From positions 1 through 64,000 of the IMG/VR virus record IMGVR_UViG_3300033121_002300: 64,000 nucleotides of DNA. One strand, written 5' to 3'. The notes beneath the pieces were generated by a model. That model ran no database searches, was not told the DNA's origin, and saw nothing but the letters and a program-made list of their open reading frames with translations. This stretch comes from a virus. Lineage: Duplodnaviria > Caudoviricetes. The translations under genes were made by a program, and so were the position numbers. This document shows, in pieces, positions 28,120 to 38,572 of this stretch. Each line of letters opens with the position of its first letter. The first letter of the stretch is position 1.

Positions 28120-28783
28120 TATATATAATTCATATATTGAATTATTGAAAGAGGTTTCTGGAAATAAAAGCAAGCCAAAAATCATCGAAAAAGCCATACA
28201 AAAAAAAGATACTCAGATTCTTGATAAGAAAAAAATATCGAGAGAAGCCTTAACTGTATTTTTTTTAGCACAGGCAAAATTTCCGGATTTTTTTCAGTAT
28301 GAACCTGAAACAATTAAAAGTAAATTGAATTTAGACTTAATGGAATTAGAAGAGTTACTTTGCTGCCAGAATATCTGGCACAATTTAACACCGTTTGAAG
28401 ATTGGCATATTTTTGAAAAAACAGTTTGTGTATTAAATCAAAGGCATTCAAACTTTCTAATAACTCAAGATATAAATCCATCAGAAATATGTTGGGCAAT
28501 TAAATCAATGAGAAGAATTGATGATCAATCTCTTTTCAGTGATGAAGTTCTTGAATATATCTCAGTCATCTTGCATCATGAAGGATTTATTACAGCTCCT
28601 GATATTTTAAAAACGGAACAAAGTTATACCGGATTAGGAGTTGATTTTTTTCTTAAACAATTAAATAAACACCATGAATATCATGATTATAAATCAAAAA
28701 ATGAAATATTCAATAACATAAACAATTATGTATCAGACAGACAAGTAAAATTTGAACATGAATCCAAGGAAGAAAAGGTATGA
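28112..28783 (+). CDS. hypothetical protein (head/portal operon)
   Basis: 223 aa, overlap-coupled on both sides. Confidence 0.55.
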   Translation: MDDIYNSYIELLKEVSGNKSKPKIIEKAIQKKDTQILDKKKISREALTVFFLAQAKFPDFFQYEPETIKSKLNLDLMELEELLCCQNIWHNLTPFEDWHIFEKTVCVLNQRHSNFLITQDINPSEICWAIKSMRRIDDQSLFSDEVLEYISVILHHEGFITAPDILKTEQSYTGLGVDFFLKQLNKHHEYHDYKSKNEIFNNINNYVSDRQVKFEHESKEEKV

Positions 28784-30768
28784 ACTCACCAATAGACAAC
28801 GCTCCGAGAGGATCTCTTAGCACCTGGAACAATTCGCTATTTGGCAATTATAATTATGCCTCTTCACTTGCTTATCCGGCTCCTTTTCTTAATTACGAAA
28901 AGCATTTAATACCAGAATCTTTTAGAAAGGCGGCAGAATTACTTTGTCACCATTTTTTTACAGATAGCAATATAAATTCAGGTATTGAGGTGATGAGTGT
29001 TTATCCTATTACTGAATTTATGTATCCAAATAAACCTAAAAAAGAAATTCGTGAAAAATGGGATGAAATATTAAGAAAAAAAAAGTTAAAAAGCTTTAAC
29101 AAGAAACAAGGGATTGACTATTTTCTTTATGGAAACACTGCCGTTAGTCTTTATAAACCATTTCAGAGGCATGGAACATGTGTAAAATGTAATTCTAAAT
29201 ATAATTTAAATTCTACTTTAACCAAGTGGGAATTTAAATCACTTAAATTTAAAGTTTTTTGTTCAAAGTGTAAAAGTAAACAGGAATTAGTTAATATAAA
29301 GGATATTCCATTATCCGGATTAAATGCTTTAAAGAAAATAAATTTAATAAAATGGAATATTTTTGATTTAACACCAAGAGAGCATTTTACATCAAGTGAA
29401 AAAAAATGGCGATTAACTATTCCCCAAAAAACAGTTAATGAAATAATAGCAGGAGATTCTTGGTATATTTCCTTAACACAAATAGATTTCATTGAAGCTG
29501 TTCAGTCATGGAAAGCCGGAACATCAAATAAACCTGAAATAGAATTTGATGAAAATCAAATAATGGTAATTCAAAGACCAATGCCGAGCATGCCTGGTGG
29601 AGAAATGTTGGGATGGGGTTTACCTCTTGCCATTTCTGCATTAAGAGATTTAATGTTCAAGAACACTATAAGAAGAGCTCAATCTGTTTTGCTATATGAA
29701 AATATACTGCCATTTAGAATATTTTCACCCCAGCAAATTTCAGCGGATCCTTCTTTGGTTGATAATGGAGCTTGGGTTAATAACCTACAATTCAACTACC
29801 AGGCTTGGAGAAAAAACCCTCAACATATAATGACATCTGGAGTTCCAATTAACATTCAACAAGCGGGTGGTGATGGAAAAATTTTAAGCATGTTCCCTGA
29901 AATGCAGTTACTCGACAAGAATATTCTTAAGTCAATTAATACTCCGGCTGGGATAATTGAAGGAAATCTTACCTTTAGTGGCGGTAGTATAGCTTTAAGA
30001 GTGTTTGAAAATACATTGATAAATTTCACATCTGAGCTTGATGAAAGTAATACCTGGATAGTTGAGCAAATTGCCGAAATAATAGATTTCGAGAAAGTTG
30101 AAGTCGCATATATGCCATTTAAGACCGGTGACGATCCTCAGTACAAACAATTGCAAGCTAATGCAGCGGAAAAAGGGTGGATATCTAAAGATGCATATGT
30201 AAGAACATTAGGCTATGATTATGAGACAGAGCAAATTAAAGTTTCAGAAGAATTAGTCAAAGAAATGGTAATGAATGCCATCGGTCAAGCTAAAGCTCAA
30301 GCTAAAGCTCAAAAAACTATTGAGTATATTCAGACAAATAACTCATCAGCTTTTAATAATGGTACTATGCCAATAGATCCTCAGCTTGTAGATCAAGTAT
30401 TTTTACAATTAAGTCAACTTCCTCCTGAACAACAGAAGGCAGCAATACAAAGTGTTCAGCAACAAAATCCTTTACTTGCCAGAGAATTATCGAATAGAAA
30501 TGATTTATCCCCTCAAGCTGGTATAGACTTTTTAACTGAATTGCAGCAAACATCTCCCGAAATAGCTAACCAGAGAATACAAAGCTTAGAAGTTGATGAT
30601 CCTATAAAGATGATGATAACAAAAGCAGTCGCAGATGCTATGTCTATGTATTTACCAACAATGGCTAACGGAGCTCTTCAACCTCAACAGCAAGGAGCGG
30701 TATCGAATACGGTTGACATGAGACCAGCACCAGTCCAAAAACCTCCAATGAGAAACTATCAAAAATAA
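28780..30768 (+). CDS. probable portal protein
   Basis: Size and helical pattern: DYFLYGN, WG.P....ALRDL, IL..I..P.GII.G..T..G; two CxxC insertions; Q-rich tail. Inferred, not searched. Confidence 0.6.
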   Translation: MNSPIDNAPRGSLSTWNNSLFGNYNYASSLAYPAPFLNYEKHLIPESFRKAAELLCHHFFTDSNINSGIEVMSVYPITEFMYPNKPKKEIREKWDEILRKKKLKSFNKKQGIDYFLYGNTAVSLYKPFQRHGTCVKCNSKYNLNSTLTKWEFKSLKFKVFCSKCKSKQELVNIKDIPLSGLNALKKINLIKWNIFDLTPREHFTSSEKKWRLTIPQKTVNEIIAGDSWYISLTQIDFIEAVQSWKAGTSNKPEIEFDENQIMVIQRPMPSMPGGEMLGWGLPLAISALRDLMFKNTIRRAQSVLLYENILPFRIFSPQQISADPSLVDNGAWVNNLQFNYQAWRKNPQHIMTSGVPINIQQAGGDGKILSMFPEMQLLDKNILKSINTPAGIIEGNLTFSGGSIALRVFENTLINFTSELDESNTWIVEQIAEIIDFEKVEVAYMPFKTGDDPQYKQLQANAAEKGWISKDAYVRTLGYDYETEQIKVSEELVKEMVMNAIGQAKAQAKAQKTIEYIQTNNSSAFNNGTMPIDPQLVDQVFLQLSQLPPEQQKAAIQSVQQQNPLLARELSNRNDLSPQAGIDFLTELQQTSPEIANQRIQSLEVDDPIKMMITKAVADAMSMYLPTMANGALQPQQQGAVSNTVDMRPAPVQKPPMRNYQK

Positions 30769-30784
30769 TTTTTTTTTAAATTAT

Positions 30785-31114
30785 CTAACTATTGGGTAAT
30801 TTATAAATAATAAAAGGAGGTAAATTTTCCCCAACTTCTGGATTTTCCATTACACCGAAGACTTGAGGTATTTTGTCTAACTCCAAGAAAATTTGTTCAA
30901 CAGTTGCTTTAGTTAAAATCATTTGCTCTGGAGTCATGTTTGGTGTTACATTAGCTAAAGAAGATATTATTGAAGCCTTAACTTCATCCGGTAAACCATC
31001 ATTTGAATTAATATCATTCGTAATTTGCTCAACTACTGGACCAACGGCATTTACCATATCCTGATTAAGTTGATCTGTTATCCTTTGAACGGTTTCCGAA
31101 ACACTAAATTCCAT
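30785..31114 (-). CDS. hypothetical protein
   Basis: 109 aa, acidic. Confidence 0.5.
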   Translation of the reverse strand: MEFSVSETVQRITDQLNQDMVNAVGPVVEQITNDINSNDGLPDEVKASIISSLANVTPNMTPEQMILTKATVEQIFLELDKIPQVFGVMENPEVGENLPPFIIYKLPNS

Positions 31115-31658
31115 CAGAATATACCTCTAAACCATTTACCAATCCTCTAGGATCTCTTGAGAGGGCTGGAACTTTATGATTTTTTTTAACGTATGACATT
31201 TTAAGTGAGTTAAATTGAGAATCTAATTCATTTCTCAAGACCGGAATTACTGCCTCTATTTCTTTGCTAAGAATGTTTTTGAATTTCTCTTTTTTTTCAG
31301 GATCCGTTATTGATGTATTAATTCTATCAATTATATAACTTTTTGCTATATCCATTTTTTCTGTGCCAGTCTTTTCTTTAACAGAAGGATCTAACCAAGT
31401 TTTATGAGCAACCTCCTCAGCCAGAAATATACCCTTTTTTACCCAATCCTCGAACTGCTTCATTTCATCTTGCTCTATTTTTAATGAATTATAGGCATCA
31501 ATTTGAGCCTGAGATGATTGCTTCAGCTTAAGCTCTTCCACTTTTGCATCAATTTGCCTATTAAGAAGTAAACTACCTTTCCTTACTATATATCCAACAA
31601 GAAGCGGAACAGAAACATCTATCAACACGCTTATTAAATTTTGAACAATGGTATCCAT
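31104..31658 (-). CDS. probable holin (LL-H-like)
   Basis: One N-terminal TM helix; AEE..TGTEKMDIAKSYI..IEAVI pattern. Confidence 0.55.
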   Translation of the reverse strand: MDTIVQNLISVLIDVSVPLLVGYIVRKGSLLLNRQIDAKVEELKLKQSSQAQIDAYNSLKIEQDEMKQFEDWVKKGIFLAEEVAHKTWLDPSVKEKTGTEKMDIAKSYIIDRINTSITDPEKKEKFKNILSKEIEAVIPVLRNELDSQFNSLKMSYVKKNHKVPALSRDPRGLVNGLEVYSDGI

Positions 31659-31666
31659 AAAATCTC

Positions 31667-33367
31667 CTAAGTATGAACTAACATAATTTTATCGCCATTA
31701 AATATAGGAATATTTAAAATGATTTGTTGAGGATTTACTGATAAATCATAATCTTCAAATCTAATCCTTTTTGGCCCTATAAACAACAAAGTATTGTTCT
31801 TATTTGATATTGGATTTGAAAATGTCAATATAGTATTTGCCGGTTGATTAACTTGCACAGTTAAATAATCAAAATATAATAAATTTCCATACGAATCATC
31901 ACTAACATAAACAAAAACTATATCATCAAATCTTGATGAATTCGGCCTTGTATACGGCATGCTTTCCATGATTTTTTTATCAGATGGATTAACGGAAAAA
32001 TCTCCAAATTGAGGAAACAGAGCTTCACCGCAGTAAAACATCATTACCTTATTTTGCTTAACAGCTTTCTGAAGAGTAAATGTATCAGGGCCAGAATTTG
32101 TTCTTTTGAAATACTCAACATTTAAATGAGATTGAGAAAAAGCATCATTAAATGAAACAATGTCAAACCAATCAGAATTCTGAGGTATTATAATCGGAGT
32201 AACTCTATCTGAGTCCCATCTTATAAAATTATTATCCCTTGTATATTCCGGCAAAGTACCAGGATAAAGAGTACCTATTGCCCCATTATCATAATTAGAT
32301 CCAAAAGCAAATGCACCACGAAAAAACACCAATGTTTTTTTATTGGTAACACTGAATTGACTGGCTTGATTGTATTGAGTTAGATATACTGAAGGATTTC
32401 CTCCATCCTCTGAAGTTCCAGCATCAACTTCTTGAGTTACCATTATTATAGGGGAATAAGCTGAACCATCTTTAAAATAAGAGAAATCAATATATTTCCC
32501 TGTAACGGCTACAGGTTTTAATTGACCCCCATTCTGAAGAAATGTTGATGGATACTGGATTAAATAATCAGACCCGTAATTATATCTTAATGTGTCATAA
32601 AATAAATTACTACCACTATTCATTGATGTTTTTGGCGGAGCCGTTATTTCAAAGCTATCAGGATTATCCTCAGTTAATTCTATAATATTTCTTGATAAAA
32701 TCTGTCCAAGAAGAAAAGGAGAAGTGCTTGTTTTGTTATAATAAAACGCAAAAACAAGAGAACTGTTTGAAATTGGATAATCAACTTGTTTTAACCAAGA
32801 AATCTCAGAAGTTAATTCATCATAAGTAAAATCAATTCCAGGCAAGAAAACTTTTCTATCAACGCAAAAATATATTGAAGATTGATTATAAGGTAAAGTG
32901 TTAATATTCCCGTTAATACCTTTAAGCTTAACCTTTGGAATAGGACCAGGTGTAAAAACATTTTCACCAAGTAAATCTATTAATTCAATAGTAATCGCAT
33001 TTGCTGTATAAAGATTACCGGGACCCCAAGCTGAAACCTCATCAGTTGGATTAATAGCAGTTGAGCTTAGCCATTTAATAGCATTATATCCACTTGAAAT
33101 AAAATCTAATCCAGGTAAAAATATTTCACCTTTAACAGATAAAACGCTTTTACCGGCTCCATAAACAGCAGGTAATATTAAATATGGATTAGTAATAGAA
33201 TTAACTTGACCCGGTATGTAAACTGGTTTTGAATAAACAATTAATCTTGTATCATCAGGGAGATTGTCAAGTAAGGGCGTTATATCAGGTCTAGTTGAAC
33301 CAGCCATAGAGCCCTGAAGCGTAATACCTGAGTTATCTATAATGAAATTCAGTCCATTTATAGCCAT
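31667..33367 (-). CDS. structural (baseplate/tail) protein with repeated beta domains
   Basis: Four or more repeats of the type GEIFLPGLDF / RKVFLPGIDF / GEALFPQFGDF / RIRFEDY. Confidence 0.55.
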   Translation of the reverse strand: MAINGLNFIIDNSGITLQGSMAGSTRPDITPLLDNLPDDTRLIVYSKPVYIPGQVNSITNPYLILPAVYGAGKSVLSVKGEIFLPGLDFISSGYNAIKWLSSTAINPTDEVSAWGPGNLYTANAITIELIDLLGENVFTPGPIPKVKLKGINGNINTLPYNQSSIYFCVDRKVFLPGIDFTYDELTSEISWLKQVDYPISNSSLVFAFYYNKTSTSPFLLGQILSRNIIELTEDNPDSFEITAPPKTSMNSGSNLFYDTLRYNYGSDYLIQYPSTFLQNGGQLKPVAVTGKYIDFSYFKDGSAYSPIIMVTQEVDAGTSEDGGNPSVYLTQYNQASQFSVTNKKTLVFFRGAFAFGSNYDNGAIGTLYPGTLPEYTRDNNFIRWDSDRVTPIIIPQNSDWFDIVSFNDAFSQSHLNVEYFKRTNSGPDTFTLQKAVKQNKVMMFYCGEALFPQFGDFSVNPSDKKIMESMPYTRPNSSRFDDIVFVYVSDDSYGNLLYFDYLTVQVNQPANTILTFSNPISNKNNTLLFIGPKRIRFEDYDLSVNPQQIILNIPIFNGDKIMLVHT

Positions 33368-36300
33368 TAAAAAATCTCCCTATAATTTTCTTCTAATTCG
33401 CAAATAAAGGCTTGATCCTTATCCTTGAGAGCAAAAACCCCTTCTCTGCATTCGAATAAAAATAACCTTATACATGTAAGTTGTTTAACCAAGCAAAACC
33501 AAGCAGCTAAACCTGTGTAAATCTGAACAATGCCAGATAGGATTAACTCGCCATTGAAATCTATTTTTTCTCCTTCAATAAAAGGTCTAACCTGTTGTTG
33601 ATAAATGAAAACATCATTCATTCCAAGATTAGAAGGAGGTGTATCCAAACCAACATATGTAACACCCTGAACAACCGGAAGCTTGTAATCAATCGGAGAA
33701 TATATTGATGAAGAGTCATTTGCTGTACCATCAGTTGATAAAACTAAAAAACCTCTATTAACAACTGTTGCTTTTTCATCTGAAACATAAGGCAATCTAG
33801 CCTCACTTGTTGAATTATTATATTCAAATGATGAGTTATCCGGAATAAAAGGCATAAAAGGCAATGAGTTATATTGATACTGTAAATAAACTTGACTCGA
33901 TTCCAACATTAAAGATTGCATAACAGGAATTCTTATAGTTACTCCATTTGCAGGGACATATCTATTCAATGAAACATTCAATTCCCAATTAGCTCCGGTG
34001 AATAATGTTAATTGAGCTGCTGTTAATTGAATTACGACCTTTATAAGATTATCACCTATACCGTGTATACTTGCTGGAACTAAATCATTCCCAACAAATA
34101 CCATAAAATTATTTTTCATAGAACTGGCACCGTAAATTAAATGCCCATTACTGAAAAAATAAATTCCATCAGGGTGAGATATTTCTGAACCAGTGGTGGA
34201 AAAAATATGAGTTTCTGTAAGATTAGATATTTCTAAAGACCCAATACTTATATCAATTTGTTTTCCTGCATCTCCACCAACACCAAAAACAAATTCAACA
34301 GGATCTGAAACAGCCTCAGCCAGTCTGATTAAAAAATTATTATTTGAATTATATTGTTGTTTAACTTTCGTAATAGGAATTTGTTCGCCGGTAACAGCAT
34401 TGAAAGCATTTATTAAACCGATAACCGTATAATCACCTATAATTTCATCAATTTCATAATCATTTGCATTTGAGTTATTTCCGGCCATAAAATAATGCAA
34501 CTCATAAGAGTAATATTTTTTATCACTCCCCATCTTTATAATAGAAAGAAAATCAGTATAAGTATCTAACCCTATAACTTTTGATGATAAATCCTTTACC
34601 TTTGTTGGGTTTATATAAGAATCCAATGCTATTGCATAGCTTTCCGACAATATTGAATAACTATTATTATTTGCAGCGCTAATTATATTAGATGGAATTT
34701 GTTTCAGTCCAACATCAACTATATCTTCATACCTAATGTAGAATATAATAGCTATTTCTCCATCAGCAATATAATCAGGATCTCCTGTATCAATTAAAGC
34801 AGATGAGTTTCTCATTTGACCAATTGACCAGTTATTAGCCAAAATAACAGGGCGACCGGTTGATACCCATTTCAGAGAAACATTTAAAGGCATGCCGGTT
34901 GACTGATCTGAAACGATACTTCCAAGTGTATCATCAGGAACCTTTATCACTAAATATTTTAAGTCTTGATCATAAGTAATTGTCGGAAAATTATAAGGAG
35001 CAATTCCTGAATCTTCATCAGCTTTTATAAGTCCATACATTTTTACTATCTTAGATTTATTTCGACTCCAGAGATACCTTATACCATCAGTTGTTCCAAT
35101 AAATGAACTATCAGCCATAGGGGCATTTGTACCAAGTCTATCAACTTGAAGAGGACTCCTTGAAAACATATAAGGATCACTGTAAGTAGGTTGAAGTAAA
35201 TTATTATGTTTACTATTCAATATTTTAAATATAGTTGAATTAAGAAGAGATAGGCTCTCATTTCTTTTTAATACAGGAGCCTTCTTTTCAACTTCTTCTA
35301 AATTTATTCTTAATGCTGTTTTATTATCAGGTCTTCCAATTCCACCAGCTTTATTTGTTTGAGCATTATAGGCGGAAGAATTAAATCTGGATACCACCAT
35401 TATAGGAATGGCATGAGTTTTTCCGTCAACTAAATTATCAGCAAAATCTGATGAGTAATGCCCCATTCTTTGGTAAACATAAGGATTATCATCGTCATTC
35501 TTTACTGTTGCAACATTAAGAAAAGGGTCTCTATAAAGAAGATAATTAATATCTTCAACTACTTTTATTTTATAGGATAACTGAATCCAAGGTATTGATT
35601 TTTTTTCTATTTCAAAAAAAACAAAATCCTGCCTATATCCAGAAACACTTGGGGCGGGCAGCGTAACATCAACTCCCTCAAAATATAACAAATAACCATC
35701 GAAACATAAAATATTCGGTTCTATTCTTAATTTGTTATCTTCCGCTAATTCAGTAATAACGAGTGGATTCAAAAAACCACTGCAGTATTTAGTTCTCAAA
35801 TATCTGGAAAAATTATCCAGAAACAAAGACTGCCCAGATAAATTGTTTACTATATAAAAATGTACATCATCAAGTACACTTTCAGAACCAACCTGAGCAT
35901 AAGCTATAAGATAATAATCAGCCTCTTCAGTAACAGTCCAAGTTGTTTCAACTCTTAATTCTCCGGAATCTTTTTTTACGCCAACATAAATTGTTTTATT
36001 CTGAAATTCAGATGCTAAAGTGAATTTTCGCATAAATGAAGTATCAGCAGGAGTATATCCAGAATCAGTTTTATTATGGTAAATAAAATATTCGCTACCA
36101 ACTCTGCCCATATGCCTAATATCTTTTACTATAACATTTAATCCATCTCCATATATATCACCACCAAAAGTTCCTGAAGCTTCTCTTGCAAAAGTAACAA
36201 AATAGCTATCTCCAAAATTTAGCAAAGATTCAGATTGAAGAACCTCCGTAAGAACGGAAATGTTAGCATATTGTCTGTTAACAGATGCAGCAGTCCACGT

Positions 36301-36801
36301 TTGACCATCTTCATAAAATAACCTCGGTTCTTCAGGATTTAAAGTTGAAACAAGTAAAGACTCTGTTCTTACTGAATAATCAACAACTAAATCATTTATA
36401 TTAGCAGCCGCTAAATTAACCCAACCGGGCCATGTTATTTTACAAAAAATAGGTGTTCCTGCAGCCGGAGGATTTATACTGGTGCTAACAACTAAGTCGC
36501 CATCACCTTCTGAATAATAAATCCAAGCATTTCCTGCAGAAAAAATATTTATTGTTAATATAAATTTAGGAGATTCAAGATTTTCCCTGTCATAACCAGG
36601 GCTTGTGGCAAGGGAATCAGAGAAGCCAAGAAGAATCTGTTTAGCAAAAGTATTGTGATAAGAACCAACACCTCTTAACTCACCGTTTGACAATCTGATA
36701 GTAAATGGCGATATATTAATTTGATTAGGCGCTTCAATAGTAACATCCCCGCCACTATAAATACCAAAATCACCGTATTGTTTTATTGGAGTATCAGTCA
36801 T
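33367..36801 (-). CDS. large baseplate/tail protein
   Basis: 1144 aa, beta-rich; RQDFVFFEI...HAIPIMVVSRFN motif; TAATG-coupled. Confidence 0.6.
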   Translation of the reverse strand: MTDTPIKQYGDFGIYSGGDVTIEAPNQINISPFTIRLSNGELRGVGSYHNTFAKQILLGFSDSLATSPGYDRENLESPKFILTINIFSAGNAWIYYSEGDGDLVVSTSINPPAAGTPIFCKITWPGWVNLAAANINDLVVDYSVRTESLLVSTLNPEEPRLFYEDGQTWTAASVNRQYANISVLTEVLQSESLLNFGDSYFVTFAREASGTFGGDIYGDGLNVIVKDIRHMGRVGSEYFIYHNKTDSGYTPADTSFMRKFTLASEFQNKTIYVGVKKDSGELRVETTWTVTEEADYYLIAYAQVGSESVLDDVHFYIVNNLSGQSLFLDNFSRYLRTKYCSGFLNPLVITELAEDNKLRIEPNILCFDGYLLYFEGVDVTLPAPSVSGYRQDFVFFEIEKKSIPWIQLSYKIKVVEDINYLLYRDPFLNVATVKNDDDNPYVYQRMGHYSSDFADNLVDGKTHAIPIMVVSRFNSSAYNAQTNKAGGIGRPDNKTALRINLEEVEKKAPVLKRNESLSLLNSTIFKILNSKHNNLLQPTYSDPYMFSRSPLQVDRLGTNAPMADSSFIGTTDGIRYLWSRNKSKIVKMYGLIKADEDSGIAPYNFPTITYDQDLKYLVIKVPDDTLGSIVSDQSTGMPLNVSLKWVSTGRPVILANNWSIGQMRNSSALIDTGDPDYIADGEIAIIFYIRYEDIVDVGLKQIPSNIISAANNNSYSILSESYAIALDSYINPTKVKDLSSKVIGLDTYTDFLSIIKMGSDKKYYSYELHYFMAGNNSNANDYEIDEIIGDYTVIGLINAFNAVTGEQIPITKVKQQYNSNNNFLIRLAEAVSDPVEFVFGVGGDAGKQIDISIGSLEISNLTETHIFSTTGSEISHPDGIYFFSNGHLIYGASSMKNNFMVFVGNDLVPASIHGIGDNLIKVVIQLTAAQLTLFTGANWELNVSLNRYVPANGVTIRIPVMQSLMLESSQVYLQYQYNSLPFMPFIPDNSSFEYNNSTSEARLPYVSDEKATVVNRGFLVLSTDGTANDSSSIYSPIDYKLPVVQGVTYVGLDTPPSNLGMNDVFIYQQQVRPFIEGEKIDFNGELILSGIVQIYTGLAAWFCLVKQLTCIRLFLFECREGVFALKDKDQAFICELEENYREIF

Positions 36802-36810
36802 AATAACCTT

Positions 36811-37392
36811 CTAATTGAAAATATAAAGCCACTCAAGGCCGATATAAATTTTTTCGGTCGTTTTAGGAATATCAGCGTCCGCAACAAAATGAGCAAACAT
36901 TAATCCTTTTGGATGAAGTGAATTGGGATTAGACCTTAAAGCAACTTCCCTAACAAATGGATAACTACTACTTGGAGGCAAACTTAAAACCTCATTGGTT
37001 AGCATTGTCGTTATTTTTAAGACATTTTCAGCAGATGTTGGGAATGTATAACCAGAGATATTCGTATAAACAGCAGGAGTAAATGGTCCCGATAAATCAG
37101 TATTACTTCTCTGGGCGATATTACTACCATACCCCCATTCAACCCTAGTTAGCTTATAATCATTGTCACCAGGAATAAGTAAATGAGCATGACCTTTTCT
37201 TGAATCAAGAGTAGCCATATTATGTTTAAATGGATTAAAAAAACGAGCATAAGTTTTCAGTTTTTTTTCATCAAGAGTTTCCCCTGTATCAGCATCAATT
37301 AAAGTCATTCTAGCATGACCTTCCCATTCAGCGGATCTTGTAGCAGTAACCTTTCTTATAAAGTGAATGAACCTATCAAACATTATTAACAA
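36811..37392 (-). CDS. baseplate/tail-collar protein (DUF3751-like)
   Basis: WG.G.....TDL...REVAL...MFAHF..PKT..IGLEW pattern. Confidence 0.55.
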   Translation of the reverse strand: MLIMFDRFIHFIRKVTATRSAEWEGHARMTLIDADTGETLDEKKLKTYARFFNPFKHNMATLDSRKGHAHLLIPGDNDYKLTRVEWGYGSNIAQRSNTDLSGPFTPAVYTNISGYTFPTSAENVLKITTMLTNEVLSLPPSSSYPFVREVALRSNPNSLHPKGLMFAHFVADADIPKTTEKIYIGLEWLYIFN

Positions 37393-37414
37393 CCTTTATT
37401 CATAATCTTTTTCA

Positions 37415-37423
37415 ATTTTAACA
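37415..37423 (-). promoter_or_regulatory. TGTTAAAAT extended -10-like site
   Basis: About 23 nt upstream of the baseplate operon start. Confidence 0.4.
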
Positions 37424-37454
37424 TAATCAAACGAAAACTTAAAGAAAACTATAA

Positions 37455-38111
37455 TCAATATTTTTCAATATTTAACTCTCCTTCTTTAAATCTGGCTACT
37501 ATTTTGCGAACCCTCCTTCTTGATGACTTTATCCACGTAAAAGGAATGCAAAACAGTTCAGCTACCTCCTCTCTTGTTAAATTAAATTCTTCAATAGCTG
37601 AATGAATAGCAACATCTAATACGTTATCATTAAATATTTTAAGCAATCTATCGTTGTCTTCTTTAGACAATTTAAAATCAAAATCATTATCGGATTCAAT
37701 ATTAGGAAAGTCATCAATGTTTTCAAAGGAAAAATTAGCTTCCTTTTTATGATTAATGGTCCAACCTGACGCTACTCCTTTACCTTCATACCCTTTAACA
37801 ATATGAGATAAATCAAATCTCAAAACATTAATATAATACGTCATGAAACTTGCTTTTTTGTCTATCCTGTACCTTTTTATACAGTCCATCATAATGATAA
37901 TAGCATCCTGAAGTAAATCCTCTTCATATGATCCATATAGAACGAATACCTTTTTAATATAAGGAGTTAATATTTCAAGTAATTCCGAAAATTTTTTTTT
38001 ATCTGCAAATAACTCAGGATCAAGAACTAACTTCTGAACCCTGTCCGAAATAACTTTCAAATCCATTCTTGATCCCGTTTTGTTTAAAATCAAAAGCACA
38101 TGTTTTCTCAT
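37455..38111 (-). CDS. sigma70-family RNA polymerase sigma factor
   Basis: Region 2 EEDLLQDAIIIMMDCIKRY..SFMTYYINVLR; region 4 HTH LTREEVAELFCIP..IKSSRRR; start may be 38066. Confidence 0.8.
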   Translation of the reverse strand: MRKHVLLILNKTGSRMDLKVISDRVQKLVLDPELFADKKKFSELLEILTPYIKKVFVLYGSYEEDLLQDAIIIMMDCIKRYRIDKKASFMTYYINVLRFDLSHIVKGYEGKGVASGWTINHKKEANFSFENIDDFPNIESDNDFDFKLSKEDNDRLLKIFNDNVLDVAIHSAIEEFNLTREEVAELFCIPFTWIKSSRRRVRKIVARFKEGELNIEKY

Positions 38112-38469
38112 TTACAGGTTCCGCAACCTTTAATAATACATCTTCACTACCTTCATCGAACCTTATTCTTGTTATTAATAAATTACCAACGCTTTGCATT
38201 GTCATTACAATTCTTAAAAAGAAAAAAGAAATATTTTCATAAGAGTAATCTTTAGGCTTATTTTCAGTTAACCCAAGATCCAATTCAATAGGTGAATTAT
38301 TTGGGAACTTTAAATCAAAAAAGGTAACAAATTTATTTTTACTCTCAAGTTCTCTACATATTTGCTCAACTGCAAAACATAATTGATCTGGCTTAAAGTC
38401 CTTAGATTGCAATAATAATCTTAAATTTGTTTCGTAAAACTTTTTTATATCTATTGTGGATTGTTCCAT
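38020..38469 (-). CDS. hypothetical protein
   Basis: 149 aa; AAAGG upstream. Confidence 0.55.
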   Translation of the reverse strand: MEQSTIDIKKFYETNLRLLLQSKDFKPDQLCFAVEQICRELESKNKFVTFFDLKFPNNSPIELDLGLTENKPKDYSYENISFFFLRIVMTMQSVGNLLITRIRFDEGSEDVLLKVAEPVNEKTCAFDFKQNGIKNGFESYFGQGSEVSS

Positions 38470-38572
38470 TACCTTTTTCCTTGCACCATATTCTAAATAT
38501 GAAGGTTTTCTTTATTATACCAGTTCGGTGTAAAAAGAAACAGTTAGTATTATGTTAATAAGGTGAAAATGT

